A stretch of DNA of 64,000 nucleotides from Squalus acanthias (GCA_030390025.1 CM059432.1:7874001-7938000), one strand, 5' to 3'; positions 34,980-48,027 are shown, counted from the stretch's first letter. Notes: generated by a model from the sequence alone, not told the origin. Program-made: numbers and translations.

Positions 34980-35370
34980 CAGAAAGAGAGAGAGAGGAGA
35001 GAAGGGAGGAGAGGGAGAAGGAGGGATAGTCAGACAGAGAGAGAGAAGGGAGAGAGAGGAGAGGGAGGCGAGAGAGTAAAGAGAGAGGGAGAGAGAGACA
35101 GAGAGAAGGGAGGAGAGAGAGAAGGGAGGAGAGAGAGAGGAGAGACAGACACAGAGAGAGAGAGAGAGGAGGGAAGGCGAGACCGAGAGAGGAGGGGTGG
35201 ATAGACTGGGAGGAGAGAGAGAGGAGGAAGAGGAGGAGAGACGGAGACAGAGCGAAGGGGGGAGAGAGAGAGAGAGAGAGACAGAGGCAGAGAGAAGGGA
35301 GGAGAGAGAGAGAGAGAGAGAAAGGAGGAGAGAGAGGGAGGGAGGAGAGGAGAGAAGAGAGAGGAGGAGA
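34980..35370. repeat. Polypurine (GA-rich) low-complexity tract
   Basis: About 390 bp, almost exclusively G/A on the + strand. Confidence 0.9.
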
Positions 35371-35618
35371 GCCGGAGCCGCCGGGCGATGGGGACGAGCC
35401 ATGAAGATCTGGCTGTAAAGTTTGGGAGTCGGGTCCCGGCAGATGCAGTGTGGAAGCTCTTGTGGCGGAGTTGGTGAGCCTGGAGCCGGAGGATCGGGGT
35501 CTGGCGGAGCCGCCACTGAACTCTCTCCCTCTGATGTCCCCACCTCCAGCGATCGATCGGATCTCCAGCGCGGTCCACCCCAGAGCAGCAGCGGGCTGAT
35601 CCGAGTTGAGATGTAAAC

Positions 35619-36607
35619 ATGGCGTTGATTCTGAGCCCCTTGCTGCTCTTTGCTTGTGTCTGCCCTGGGCTCGGCGAGAGGGACATCTATTGGGACCGGA
35701 GCGGCTTGTCGGAGGAGCAGCGGAGCGATGTCCACCAGCCTCCTCACCCTCTCCTCTACTTCGACTCCCGGGACATCAAGATCCTACGGCAGAAGTCCCA
35801 CACCAGCCACTCGCCCATCACCCGGGCCATCAAGAACGCTGTGAGGACCATGGTGACCAAAGCCACCCTCTACCTGCCCCCTGCCGACCACCTGACCTTC
35901 TCGGCCAAGTGGAACGAGGTCTATGGGAACAACCTAGGGGTGCTGGCCCTCTACTGCCTCCTCTTCCCAGAAGATCGGGCAGCGTTGGACTTCACCCTGG
36001 ACTACCTGGACAGGATGTCCACTTACCCCCACTGGCAGGTCCGGGTGGCACCCAACGACGAGGTGCCGGTGGCTCACTCCTTGACTGGCTTCGTGACCGC
36101 CTTCGACTTCCTCTACCAGTTCCTGGACGCCCCCAGGAGGAAGGGTTACTTGGAGAAGATCCAGAGCGTCACCAAGGAGCTCTACGAGTTCTCCAAGTAT
36201 CGAGCCTGGGGCAAGCACTTCCTGCACAACCACCAAGCCACCAACGTCTTGGCCCTGCTGATGGGGGCGCTGGTGCTGACTCCTCACCAGCCCCAGAGCG
36301 CCCTGCTCTGCAAGCAGATAGCCATCGACATAATGGAAAAGACCATCTTCCTGCTCGACCACGTCGTCGACGGCTCTTTGGACGAAGGGGTGGCTTACGG
36401 CAGCTACACTTCCAAATCCATCACCCAGTACGTCTTCCTGGCCCTGCGGCATTTCCAGCTGAACCACACCGGTAGCCCCTGGTTGAAGCAGCACTTCTGG
36501 TTTTACTATGCCACCCTGTTGCCTGGGTTCCAGAGGAGTGTGGGCATCGCTGACTCCAACTACAACTGGTTCTATGGGCCAGAGAGCCAGCTAGTTTTCT
36601 TGGACAG
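35619..36607 (+). CDS. DSEL: Dermatan-sulfate epimerase-like protein, first coding exon (~329 aa; remainder not in window)
   Basis: Signal peptide, then [88 protein letters not shown]. Good Kozak context (AAACATGG), GC3-rich codons, no stops. Probable donor AG|GTTTGT at 36607/36608. Orthologue versus paralogue not resolved. Confidence 0.9.
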
Positions 36608-36731
36608 GTTTGTAATTAACTTTCCCTCTCCTTCCGAAATTGTTTCTTCCTGTTGTAAAATTATGCAACTTCAACACATTGGGGTGTAAAAATCTGTTGA
36701 GGCTGGGGGTCAACTGCAAATGTCAGAGAAT

Positions 36732-37360
36732 GTATGAGAATGATTCCAGGGATGAGGGACTTCAGTTACGTGGGTCGACTGGAGAAGCTGGGGTTGTTCT
36801 CCTTGGAGCAGAGAAGGTTGAGAGGAGATTTGATAGAAGTATTAAAAATCATGAGGGGTCTAGACAGAGTAGATAGAGAGAAACTGTTCCCATTGGCGGA
36901 AGGCTCGAGAACCAGAGGACTCAGATTTAAGGTGATTGGCAAAAGAACCAAAGGCGACATGGGGAAAAACTTTTTTACGCAGCGAGTGGTTAGGATCTGG
37001 AATGCACTGCCTGAAAGGGTGGTGGAGGCAGATTCAATCGTGGCTTTCAAAGGGAATTGGATAAGTACCTGAAGGAAATTTTTTTTGCAGGGCTACGGGG
37101 AAAGGGCGGGGGAGTGGGACTAGCTGAAGTGCTCTTGCAGAGAGCCGGCACGGGCTCGACGGGCTGAATGGCCTCCTTCTGTGCTGTAACCATTCTATGA
37201 TTCTATGATTCTAACTGAGATTGATAGATTTATGTTAGGCAAGGGTATTAAAGGTTATGGAAACAAGGTGGGTAGATGGTGTTAAGATACAGATCAGCCA
37301 TGATCTAATTGAATGGCGGAACAGGGTGGAGGAGCTGAATGGCCTCATCCTGTTCCTATT
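36732..37360 (+). mobile_element. Two adjacent CR1 3' fragments
   Basis: RMIPGMRDFSYVGRLEKLGLFSLEQRRLRGDL...; ATTCTATG tail at ~37195-37212, then a second 3' UTR. Confidence 0.85.
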
Positions 37361-37684
37361 CCTTTTACCTTCAGCCTTGTTCATTTAAGATCCATTATTT
37401 AATACTAGCGATTGCAGTGTTCCAATTGGTCCGGGAGAACCAGTATTACTATTGCTGAAACCCAAAACCAAAAGTTTTCAAAAGAAAAAATAATGAGGTT
37501 GCAGTTATTGTATCAATAAGCAAGGGGAGTCTGGGATCTTATGATTAACTGACACCTTTTTATAGTGTTTGTGGGGCACACATGATTGTAAAAGTATCAC
37601 GATTGGTGAATAAGCGGTTGTATCAAGATCATCAAACTTCATTGGAATTAAAACAAAACAGATTGTGTTTGCAGCACATTGGGA

Positions 37685-40600
37685 GAATGTGTTGAGGTCG
37701 TAGGTCGTAAGATGGGTTGAGGTCATAGGATGTGTTCAGGCTGTAGGATGTGTTGAGGCTGTAAGATGCATTGATGCTGTAGGATGTGTTGAGATTGTAG
37801 GATGTGTTGAGGCTGTAGGATGTCTTGAGGCTGTAGGATGTGTTGAGGCTGTAGGATGTGTTGAGGCTGTAGGATGTGTTCAGGCTGTAAGATGCATTGA
37901 GGCTGTAGGATGTGTTGAGATTGTAGGATGTGTTGAGGCTGTAGGATGTCTTGAGGCTGTAGGATGTGTTGAGGCTGTAGGATGTGCTGAGGCTGTAGGA
38001 TGTGTTGAGATTGTAGGATGTGTTGAGGCTGTAGGATGTCTTGAGGCTGTAGGATGTGTTGAGGCTGTAGGATGTGTTGAGGCTGTAGGATGTGTTGAGA
38101 TTGTAGGATGTGTTGAGGCTGTAGGATGTGTTGAGGCTGTAGGATGTGTTGAGGCTGTAGGATGTGTTGAGGCTGTAGGATGTGTTGAGATTGTAGGATG
38201 TGTTGAGGCTGTAGGATGTCTTGAGGCTGTAGGATGCATTGAGTTAGTAGGATGTGTTGAGATTGTAGGATGTGTTGAGGCTGTAGGATGCGTTGAGTTA
38301 GTAGGATGTGTTGAGATTGTAGGATGTGCTGAGGCTGTAGGATGCGTTGAGGCTGTAGGATGTGTTGAGGCTGTAGGATGTGTTGAGGCTGTAGGATGTG
38401 TTGAGGCTGTAGGATGTGATGAGGCTGTAGGATGTGCTGAGGCTGTAGGATGTGTTGAGGCTGTAGGATGTGTTGGGGCTGTAGGATGTGTTGAGGCTGG
38501 AGGATATGTTGAGGCTGTAGGATGTGTTGAGGCTGGAGGATGTGTTGAGGCTGGAGGATGTGTTGAGGCTGTAGGATGTGTTGAGGCTGGAGGATGTGTT
38601 GGGGCTGTAGGATGTGTTGAGGCTGTAGGATGTGCTGAGGCTGTAGGATGTGTTGGGGCTGGAGGATGAGTTGAGGTAGTGGGATGAGTTGAGGCTGGAG
38701 GATGTGTTGAGGCTGGAGGATGTGTTGAGGTAGTGGGATGAGTTGAGGCTGGAGGATGTGTTGAGGTTGTAGGATGTGTTGAGGCTGGAGGATGTGTTGG
38801 GGCTGGAGGATGTGTTGAGATTGTAGGATGTGTTGAGGTTTTAGGATGTGTTGAGGCTGTAGGATGTGTTGAGGCTGTAGGATGTGTTGAGGCTGTAGGA
38901 TGTGTTCAGGCTGTAGGATGTGTTGGGGCTGGAGGATGTGTTGAGGCTGTAGGATGTGTTGGGGCTGGAGGATGTGTTGAGGCTGTAGGATGCGTTGAGG
39001 CTGTAGGATGTGTTGAGGCTGTAGGATGTGTTGAGATTGTAGGATGTGTTGAGGCTGTAGGATGTCTTGAGGCTGTAGGATGCATTGAGTTAGTAGGATG
39101 TGTTGAGATTGTAGGATGTGCTGAGGCTGTAGGATGCGTTGAGGCTGTAGGATGTGTTGAGGCTGTAGGATGTGTTGAGGCTGTAGGATGTGATGAGGCT
39201 GTAGGATGTGTTGAGGCTGTAGGATGTGTTGAGGCTGTAGGATGTGTTGGGGCTGTAGGATGTGTTGAGGCTGTAGGATGTGATGAGGCTGTAGGATGTG
39301 TTGAGGCTGTAGGATGTGTTGAGGCTGGAGGATGTGTTGAGGCTGTAGGATGTGTTGGGGCTGTAGGATGTGTTGAGGCTGGAGGATGTGTTGAGGCTGT
39401 AGGATGTGTTGGGGCTGTAGGATGTGTTGAGGCTGGAGGATGTGTTGAGGCTGTAGGATGTGTTGAGGCTGTAGGATGTGCTGAGGCTGTAGGATGTGTT
39501 GGGGCTGGAGGATGAGTTGAGGTAGTGGGATGAGTCGAGGCTGGAGGATGTGTTGAGGCTGGAGGATGTGTTGAGGTAGTGGGATGAGTTGAGGCTGGAG
39601 GATGTGTTGAGGTTGTAGGATGTGTTGAGGCTGGAGGATGTGTTGAGGCTGGAGGATGTGTTGAGGCTGTAGGATGTGTTGAGGCTGTAGGATGTGTTGA
39701 GGCTGTAGGATGTGTTGGGGCTGGAGGATGAGTTGAGGTAGTGGGATGAGTCGAGGCTGTAGGATGTCTTGAGGCTGTAGGATGCATTGAGTTAGTAGGA
39801 TGTGTTGAGATTGTAGGATGTGCTGAGGCTATAGGATGCGTTGAGGCTGTAGGATGTGTTGAGGCTGTAGGATGTGTTGGGGCTGTAGGATGTGTTGAGG
39901 CTGGAGGATGTGTTGAGGCTGTAGGATGTGTTGAGGCTGTAGGATGTGCTGAGGCTGTAGGATGTGTTGGGGCTGGAGGATGAGTTGAGGTAGTGGGATG
40001 AGTCGAGGCTGTAGGATGTGTTGAGGCTGTAGGATGTGTTGGGGCTGTAGGATGAGTCGAGGCTGTAGGATGTGTTGGGGCTGTAGGATGAGTCGAGGCT
40101 GGAGGATGTGTTGAGGCTGGAGGATGTGTTGAGGTAGTGGGATGAGTTGAGGCTGGAGGATGTGTTGAGGTTGTAGGATGTGTTGAGGCTGGAGGATGTG
40201 TTGGGGCTGGAGGATGTGTTGAGATTGTAGGATGTGTTGAGGCTGTAGGATGTGTTGAGGCTGTAGGATGTGTTGAGGCTGTAGGATGTGTTGAGGCTGT
40301 AGGATGTGTTGGGGCTGGAGGATGAGTTGAGGTAGTGGGATGAGTCGAGGCTGGAGGATGTGTTGAGGCTGGAGGATGTGTTGAGGTAGTGGGATGAGTT
40401 GAGGCTGGAGGATGTGTTGAGGCTGTAGGATGTGTTGAGGCTGTAGGATGTGTTGAGGCTGTAGCATGTGTTGGGGCTGGAGGATGTGTTGAGGCTGTAG
40501 GATGTGTTGGGGCTGTAGGATGTGTTGAGGCTGGAGGATATGTTGGGGCTGTAGGATGTGTTGAGGCTGTAGGATGTGTTGAGGCTGTAGGATATGTTGA

Positions 40601-41585
40601 GGCTGTAGGATGTGTTGAGGCTGGAGGATGTGTTGAGGCTGTAGGATGTGTTGAGGCTGGAGGATGCATTGAGGCTGTCGGATGTGTTGAGATTGTAGGA
40701 TGCGTTGAGGCTGTAGGATGTGTTGAGGCTGTAGGATGTGTTGAGGCTGTAGGATGTGTTGAGGCTGTAGGATGTGCTGAGGCTGTAGGATGTGATGAGG
40801 CTGTAGGATGTGTTGGGGCTGGAGGATGTGTTGAGATTGTAGGATGCGTTGAGGCTGTAGGATGTGTTGAGATTGTAGGATGCGTTGAGGCTGTAGGATG
40901 TGCTGAGGCTGTAGGATGTGTTGAGGCTGTAGAATGTGTTGGGGCTGGAGGATGTGTTGAGATTGTAGGATGTGTTGAGGCTGGAGGATGTGTTGAGATT
41001 GTAGGATGTGATGCGGCTGTAGGATGTGTTGGGGCTGTAGGATGTGTTGAGGCTGTAGGATGTGTTGAGATTGTAGGATGTGTTGAGGCTGTAGGATGTG
41101 TTGAGGCTGGAGGATGTGTTGAGATTGTAGGATGTGTTGAGGTTGTAGGATGTGTTGAGGCTGTAGGATGTGTTGGGGCTGGAGGATGTGTTGAGATTGT
41201 AGGATGTGTTGAGATTGTAGGATGTGTTGAGGCTGGAGGATGTGTTGAGGCTGGAGGATGAGTTGAGGCTGTAGGATGTGTTGAGGCTGTAGGATGTGTT
41301 GAGGCTGTAGGATGTGTTGAGGCTGTAGGATGTGTTGAGGCTGGAGGATGAGTTGAGGCTGTAGGGTGTGTTGAGGCTGTAGGATGAGTTGAGGCTGGAG
41401 GATGTGTTGAGGCTGTAGGATGTGTTGAGATTGTAGGATGTGTTGAGGCTGGAGGATGTGTTGAGATTGTAGGATGTGTTGAGGCTGGAGGATGTGTTGG
41501 GGCTGTAGGATATGTTGGGGCTGTAGGATGTGTTGAGGCTGTAGGATGTGTTGAGGCTGGAGGATGTGTTGGGGCTGTAGGATGC
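37685..41585. repeat. 18-bp minisatellite (GAGGCTGTAGGATGTGTT)n, ~215 units
   Basis: Register is kept from 37741 to 41521 (3780 bp = 210 x 18). Confidence 0.97.
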
Positions 41586-42477
41586 TATTGAGCGCTTGTT
41601 AGCAGGACTGGACTGAGGGAATGTTCACTCAAGTTCTAAAGTTTAATTCACTAGGAAATGCAGGTTTATTAGTGCTCAATATATCAGCAAATTCAAGAGA
41701 GAATTGAATAAGTACCTGAATAAAACATTGATAGAGAGGCATTGTGTGATATGATATGTGGGATAAGCAGTGGGACTGCCCAGAAGGACTACAATATTCT
41801 TTCCTAATCCTGTTTATTCCTGTATCATTCTGTTTCTATCCCCTTCTCCACCTCTCTCTCCACATCTTTTTCTAGCTCCCACTTAAGCCCCACATTAACT
41901 TAAGGCACCCGGCCAGAATGGGGCGTGTTCGGGTCGGACGCCCGATTTACAGCCCACTCGACTTTCAGTTCAATTGAAGCCAACAGGGCGTAAAATCGGG
42001 TGGGGTTTAAAAAGGGCAAATGAGCCCCGTTCTGATCGGTTGCATTAGGTTAAAATCAGGGCTTCTCCGCCTTTCTCTGGTCCAGCTCACTTTCTCTGCT
42101 GTATACTGAGAACCAGCACAAAGAGCAAGTTTATAATGCAGTTTTAGTATTGTTGAGAAATGGTTTTCAAAGTATAATGTGAGTAAGACCAAAATCGATT
42201 TCTGAAGGAGAGAATGTGAGGCAGCTGGAGGAGACAGTTTGACACTACTTAGAAGCAACACTAGTGCAGTGTCAAACTGGATTTTTGAAAGTGCTTAAGG
42301 GTTATATAAGATCTCCTGGATACTTTCCAAACACACCAAAATCTTAAGTTAAATGTTTTTTGAGTGTAAATGCTCTCCTTCTCAAAACCTTAAAAATGTA
42401 ACTGTCACAAGCAGCGTTGTGCTCATGTAGGAGAGCTCAGTACTCTCCTGGATCTGACTGCTCACCGTATAAAAATA

Positions 42478-43535
42478 AAGCCTTGCATTTATATAGCGCC
42501 TCTCCCGACCTCATGGGGTCCCAACGCGCTTTACAGCCAATAAAATACTTTTGCAGTGTAGTCACTGTTGTAATGTAGGAAATGTGGCAGCTGATTTGCT
42601 CGCAGCAAGCTCCCACAAACAGCAATGAGATAATGACCAGATCATCTGTTCTTAGAGATGTTGGTTGAGGAATCAGTATTGGCCAGGACTACCCTGCTTT
42701 TTCCACAAGTTTTTTTTTCTTCGTTTATGGGATGTGGGCATCGCTGGCAAGGCCAGCATTTATTGCCCACCCCTAATTGCCCTTGAGAAGGTGGTGGTGA
42801 GCCACCTTCTTGAACCGCAGCAGTCCGTGTGGTGAAGGTACTCCCACAGTGCTGTTAGGGAGGGAGTTCCAGGATTTTGACCCAGCGACGATGAAGGATC
42901 GGCAATATACTTCTAAGTCAGGATGGTGTGTAACTTGGAGGGGAACTTGGAGGTGGTGGTGTTCCCATGCGCCTGCTGCCCTTGTCCTTCTAGGTGGAAG
43001 AGGTCGCGGGTTTGGGAGATGCTGCTGAAGAAGCCTTGGCGAGTTGCTGCAGTGCATCTTGTAGATGGTACACACTGCAGCCACGGTACGCCAGTGGTGG
43101 AGGGAGTGAATGTTTGAGGTGGTGGATGGGGTGCCAATCAAGCAGGCTGCTTTGTCCTGGATGGTGTCGAGCTTCTTGAGTGTTGTTGCAGCTGCACTCA
43201 TCCAGGCAAGTGGAGAGTATTCCATCACACTCCTTACTTGTGCCTTGTAGATGGTGGAAAGACTTTGGGGAGTCAGGAGGTGAGACACTCGCTGCAGAAT
43301 ACCCAGCCTCTGGCCTGCTCTTGTTGCCACGGGATCTTTTACATCTACCTGAGAGAGCAGACGGGGCCTCGGTTTTAACGTCTTATCGAAAAGGCGGCAC
43401 CTCTGACAGTGCAGCACTCCCTCAGCACTGGCACTGGAGTGTCAGCCTGGATTATGTGCTCAATGCTTGTGGAGTGGGACTTGAACCCATGAAGTTCTAG
43501 ACTCAAGGGCGAGACTGCTACCCACTGAGCCATAT
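42478..43535 (-). mobile_element. SINE split by a CR1/L2-group LINE 3' fragment (~42712-43328, -)
   Basis: SINE tail at 42478-42700 and head at 43326-43535. LINE ORF reads IYKAQVRSVMEYSPLAW...SLHHWRTVAAV. Confidence 0.85.
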
Positions 43536-43576
43536 TGCTGCCTGCAAAGGGACACTATCGTCACCAATCTGCGATT

Positions 43577-43860
43577 TAAGAACATAAGAAATAGGAGCAG
43601 GAGTAGGCCATTCGGCCCTTCGAGCCTGCTCCGCCATTCAATGAGATCAAGGCTGATCTTCTGCCTCAACTCCATTCACTGGCCCCATCGTCATATCCCT
43701 TGATGCCCTTACTAGTCAGAAATCTATCGACTTCTGCTTTGAATATACCCAATGACTGAGCCTCCACAGCCCTCTGGGGTAGAGAATTCCAAAGATTCAC
43801 CACGCTCTTTGTGAAGAAATTTCTTCTCATCTCAGTCTTGAATGGCCTACCCTTTATCCA
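43577..43860 (-). mobile_element. CR1 3' end
   Basis: Family 3' UTR and tail. Confidence 0.85.
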
Positions 43861-44582
43861 GCAAAACTGTACCCCAAAAAAACCTGTTTAATAAGCAGTG
43901 AATGGTGTTTCGTTGAAAGGAGTTGAGGAACGTACTAGATGGGATACAAAGATAGTCTCTGTCCGGCAATGGAAAATCATCAGAAAGATTATTTTTTAAA
44001 AAAGCAGTTCCAAAATAGAAAGGCATGAAGCGGAAGTTAGATGGAAGAATTTGGCAGGAAAATGGGAAGATAACTAATGCCTGAAGTTGGCAAAGTCGAG
44101 AATGAAAACCAGGACGCCGGGGAGAATGAGCTCGATTATCATAGAATCATAGAAATTTACGGCACAGAAGGAGCCCACTCGGCCCATCGTGTCTGTGCCG
44201 ATTGGAACAGAGTACGAGGCTGGAGACAGAGGAGAGAGTGGGAGTGGGAGTCGGGAGGAGTTGAAGTGGTGAGGCACGTGGAAGTCAGGATCACATTTTC
44301 AGATGCTTGTGTATATCCAGTGCCCCTGTTTTCATTTCAAATGTCCAATCTTGGCAGTTTTCATCTCGAATTCAGACATTAGAATTAAAGGGGTTGGTGG
44401 GGGGGGGGGGGGGGAGCGTGCATGGGAGTGGAAACTAGCACACAAAAGACACTGTCACCCAAGGCTGTGTACTCAAACATAAAACCATGCACGATTCAGG
44501 GATTAGTGGGATTTGGAATATTTTTAGTCAAACTATGCCGTGAGTCTCAAATATTCTGATACTCACCAGTAAATCTCAATCC

Positions 44583-45472
44583 TGAGGATAGTGATAGACT
44601 TCAAGAGGACATAGACAGGCTGGTGGAATGGGCGGACACGTAGCAAATGAAATTTAACGCAGAAAAGTGCAAAGTGATACAGTTTGGTAGGAAGAACGAG
44701 GAGAGGCAATATAAACTAAAGGGTGCAATCCTAAAGCGGGTTCATGAACAGAGAGACCTGGGGGTGTATGTGCACAAATCATTGAAGGTGGCAGGGCAGG
44801 TTGAGAAATCGGTTAAAAAAGCATACAGGACCCTGGGCTTCATAAATAGAGGCATAGAGTACAAAAACAAGGAAGTTATGATGAACCTTTATAAAACACT
44901 GGTTTGGTCTCAACTGGAGTATTGTGTCCAATTCTGGGCACCGCACTTTAGGAAGGTTGTGAAGGCCTTAGCGAGGGTGCAGAAAAGATTTACGAGAATA
45001 GTTCCAGGGATGAGGGACTTCAGTTACATGGATAGACTGGAGAAGCTGGGGTTGTTCTCCTTAGAGCAGAGAAGGTTGAGAGGAGATTTGATAGAGGTGT
45101 TCAAGATCATGAGGGGTCTGGACAGAGTAGATAGAGAGAAACTGTTCCCATTGGCGGAAGAGTCGAGAACCAGAGGACACAGATTTAAGGTGATTGTCAG
45201 AAGAACCAAAGGAGACATGAGGAAAAACTTTTTTACGCAGCGAGTGATTAGGATCTGAAATGCACTGCCTGAAAGGGTGGTGGAGGCAGACTGAATTGTG
45301 GCTTTCAAAAGGAAATTAGATAAGTACCTGAAGGAAAAATAAATTGCAGGGCTATGGGGAAAGGGTGGGGGAGCGGGACTGGCTGAAGTGCTCTTGTAGA
45401 GAGCCGGCACGGGCTCGACGGGCCGAATGGCCTCCTTCTGTGTTGTAACCATTCTGTGATTCTGTGATTCTA
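44583..45472 (+). mobile_element. CR1 3' fragment
   Basis: ORF 44647-45258 MKFNAEKCKVIQFG...LEYCVQFWAP; ATTCTGTG tail. Confidence 0.9.
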
Positions 45473-45851
45473 TAAATGATGACACTTGTCACACTTGATA
45501 TTCATACTTGGTGATTAACAATAAAAACAGAATTTGTCCTATAATTACAAACGAGGATGCAGCACAACAGGGGGCCATTCAGCTATCGTGCCTGTGCCGG
45601 CTCTCTGAAAGAGCTCTCCAGTTAGTCCCACTCCCCTGCCCTTCCCCCATAGTCCTGCAAATAATAACTGTATATGACTCACAGCCCTACTCAAAAATTA
45701 TAAATACTTAATGTGTGCGAAACGGATCATCAAATAACTGTCCTTACTCCTGTTCCTCAACTTCACTCTGCCTTTCTCATTATTTTACCACTTAATTTCT
45801 CTCCATGTCTATTCAGCCTCCTTATGATTTGAAGCCGCAATCTGTCTATCT

Positions 45852-46170
45852 GAGGACTGAGGGAGCGCTGCACTCTCAGAGGTGCTGTTTTTCGGATGAG
45901 ACATTAAACCAAGGCCATGTCTGCCCACTCGGGTGGACGTAAAAGATCCCACGGGCACTATTTCAAAGAAGAGCAGGGGAGTTCTTCCCGATGTCCTGGG
46001 CTAATATTTATCCCTCAACCAACATCACTAAGAACAGATTATCAGGTCATGTTTGTGGGAGCTTGCTGTGCGCAAATTGGCTGCTACGTATCCTACCTTA
46101 CAACAGTGACTACACTTTGGGACGTCCTGAGGTCATGAATGGCGCTATATAAATGCATGTCTTTCTTTTG
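45852..46170 (+). mobile_element. SINE, 5'-truncated
   Basis: Family body and tail. Confidence 0.8.
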
Positions 46171-46375
46171 CTCAGCTTTATTTTATGTGAAACTTCAAAA
46201 AATGTTGACTAAATTCATCATGGAAATCTATTGATCTATTATTTCAACCTGCCACTGTCTGGACTTCACACCAATTAAGAGAATCTTGAGCAATCTTACG
46301 AAAATCCTGGTATTAGATCAAGAGACATAAATCAAGATTCCAGAAGTGAAGCTTTAATTTTTTTTAAATAGATGT

Positions 46376-46825
46376 AGAATCATCGAATCATAGAATGGTT
46401 ACAGCACAGAAGGAGGCCATTCGGCCCGTCGAGCCCGTGCCGGCTCTCTGCAAGAGCACTTCAGCCAGTCCCACTCCCCCGCCCTTTCCCTGTAGCCCTG
46501 CAATTTTTTTTCCTTCATGTACTTATCCAACTCCCTTTTGAAAGCCACGATTGAATCTGCCTCCACCACCCTTTCAGGAAGTGCAATCCAGATCCTAACC
46601 ACTTGCTGCGTAAAAAAGTTTTTCCTCGCCTTTGGTTCTTCTGCCAATCACCTTAAATCTGTGTCCACTGGTTCTCGACCCTTCCGCCAATGGGAACAGT
46701 TTCTCTCTCTCTACTCTGTCCAGACCCCTCATGATTTTGAACACCTCTCTCAAATCTCCTCTCAATCTTCTCTGCTCTAAGGAGAACCACCCCAGATTCT
46801 CCAGTCTATCCACGTAACTGAAGTA
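46376..46825 (-). mobile_element. CR1 3' fragment
   Basis: FSYVDRLENLGWFSLEQRRLRGDL. Confidence 0.85.
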
Positions 46826-46949
46826 ATGTTCCAATATGTTGGAAATATTGGTACGCTATTGGTACAACGCAACCATTCATCTGTGTTTTGTGGTTCAAAG
46901 GCGAGTTAATGAGAAGAATAAATTAAAAATATGTATTTAATAGATCATG

Positions 46950-47917
46950 AAAGGAAAAATGAGGAAAGGCAATATAAATTAAATGGAGCAATTTTAAAGG
47001 GAGTGCAAGAAAAGAGGGAACTTACATACACAAATCTATGAAGGTGGCAGGACAAGTTGATAAGACTGTTAAAAAAGCACATGGGATCCTTGGTTTTATT
47101 AATAGGGGCATCGAGTACAATAGCAAGGAAGTAATGGTAAACCTTTCTAAATCATTGATTAGGCTTCAGCTGGAGTATTGTGTCCAATTCTGGGCACCAC
47201 ACTTCAGACAGAATGCCAAGGCCTTGGAGAGGGTGCAGAGGAGATTTAAAAGAAAAAAGAAAGAAAGATTTGCATTTCTATAGCGCCTTTCACGTCCACC
47301 GGACGTCTCAAAGCGCTTTACAGCCAGTGAAGTACTTTTTGAAGTGGAGTTACTGTTGTAATGTGGGAAACGCGGCAGCCAATTTGCGCCCAGCAAGGTC
47401 CCACAAACAGCAGTGTGATAATGACCAGATAATCTGTTTTTGTTATGTTGGTTGAGGGATAAATATTGGCCCAGGACACCGGGGATAACTCCTCTGCTCT
47501 TCTTCGAAATAGTGCCATGGGATCTTTTACATCCACCTGACAGAGCAGACGGGACCCTCGGTTTAACGTCTCATCCGAAAGACGGTACCTCCGACAGTGC
47601 AGCGCTCCCTCAGCACTGCACTGGAGTGTCAGCCTAGCTTTTTATGTGCTCTTTACCAGAATGTTAACAGGGATGAGGGGCTTCCGTTATGTGCAGAGAC
47701 TGGATAAGCTGGGGTTGTTTTCCTTAGAGCAGAGATGGTTAAGGGGAGATTTGATAGAGGTAACTTTCAAAAGGGAATTGGATATATACTTGAAAAGGAG
47801 AAATTTGCAGGGCTATGGGGAATGAGCAGAGGGAGTGGGACTAATTGGATAGCTCTTTCAAAGAGTTGACACAGGTACGATGGGCCGAATCACCACCTCC
47901 TGTGCTCTATGATTCTA
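46950..47917 (+). mobile_element. CR1 fragment interrupted by a SINE (~47250-47650, -)
   Basis: LERVQRRF | TRMLTGM rejoin across the SINE, with TTTA on both sides. Confidence 0.85.
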
Positions 47918-48027
47918 ATTTAAAATTTTTTGGTTGCGATAATTATTCTGGGATGATATTGTAAGCATAATGTCAACCACGTAGTATCATCACTGCATCT
48001 AGCAGGACATCATTTTATTTTGTTGAT

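Noticed and set aside
34965..35747. Ser/Leu-rich minus-strand ORFs (260 and 218 aa)
   Set aside because: Translations of the GA tract and of the antisense strand of the DSEL leader.
35606..36494. 289-aa (+) and 186-aa (-) ORFs overlapping DSEL
   Set aside because: Shadow frames expected from GC3-rich coding sequence; no recognisable motifs.
36608..36689. Last ~26 codons of the 356-aa ORF as a true C-terminus
   Set aside because: Homology and codon composition end at a plausible splice donor; this is run-on into intron.
38906..40669. 587-aa (HPTAST)n ORF and the overlapping (PQHILQ)n ORF, as mucin-like genes
   Set aside because: By-product of an 18-bp tandem unit that lacks stops in those frames; no signal peptide or unique domain.
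37685..41585. CRISPR-like array
   Set aside because: Contiguous tandem units without unique spacers, no cas genes, vertebrate context.
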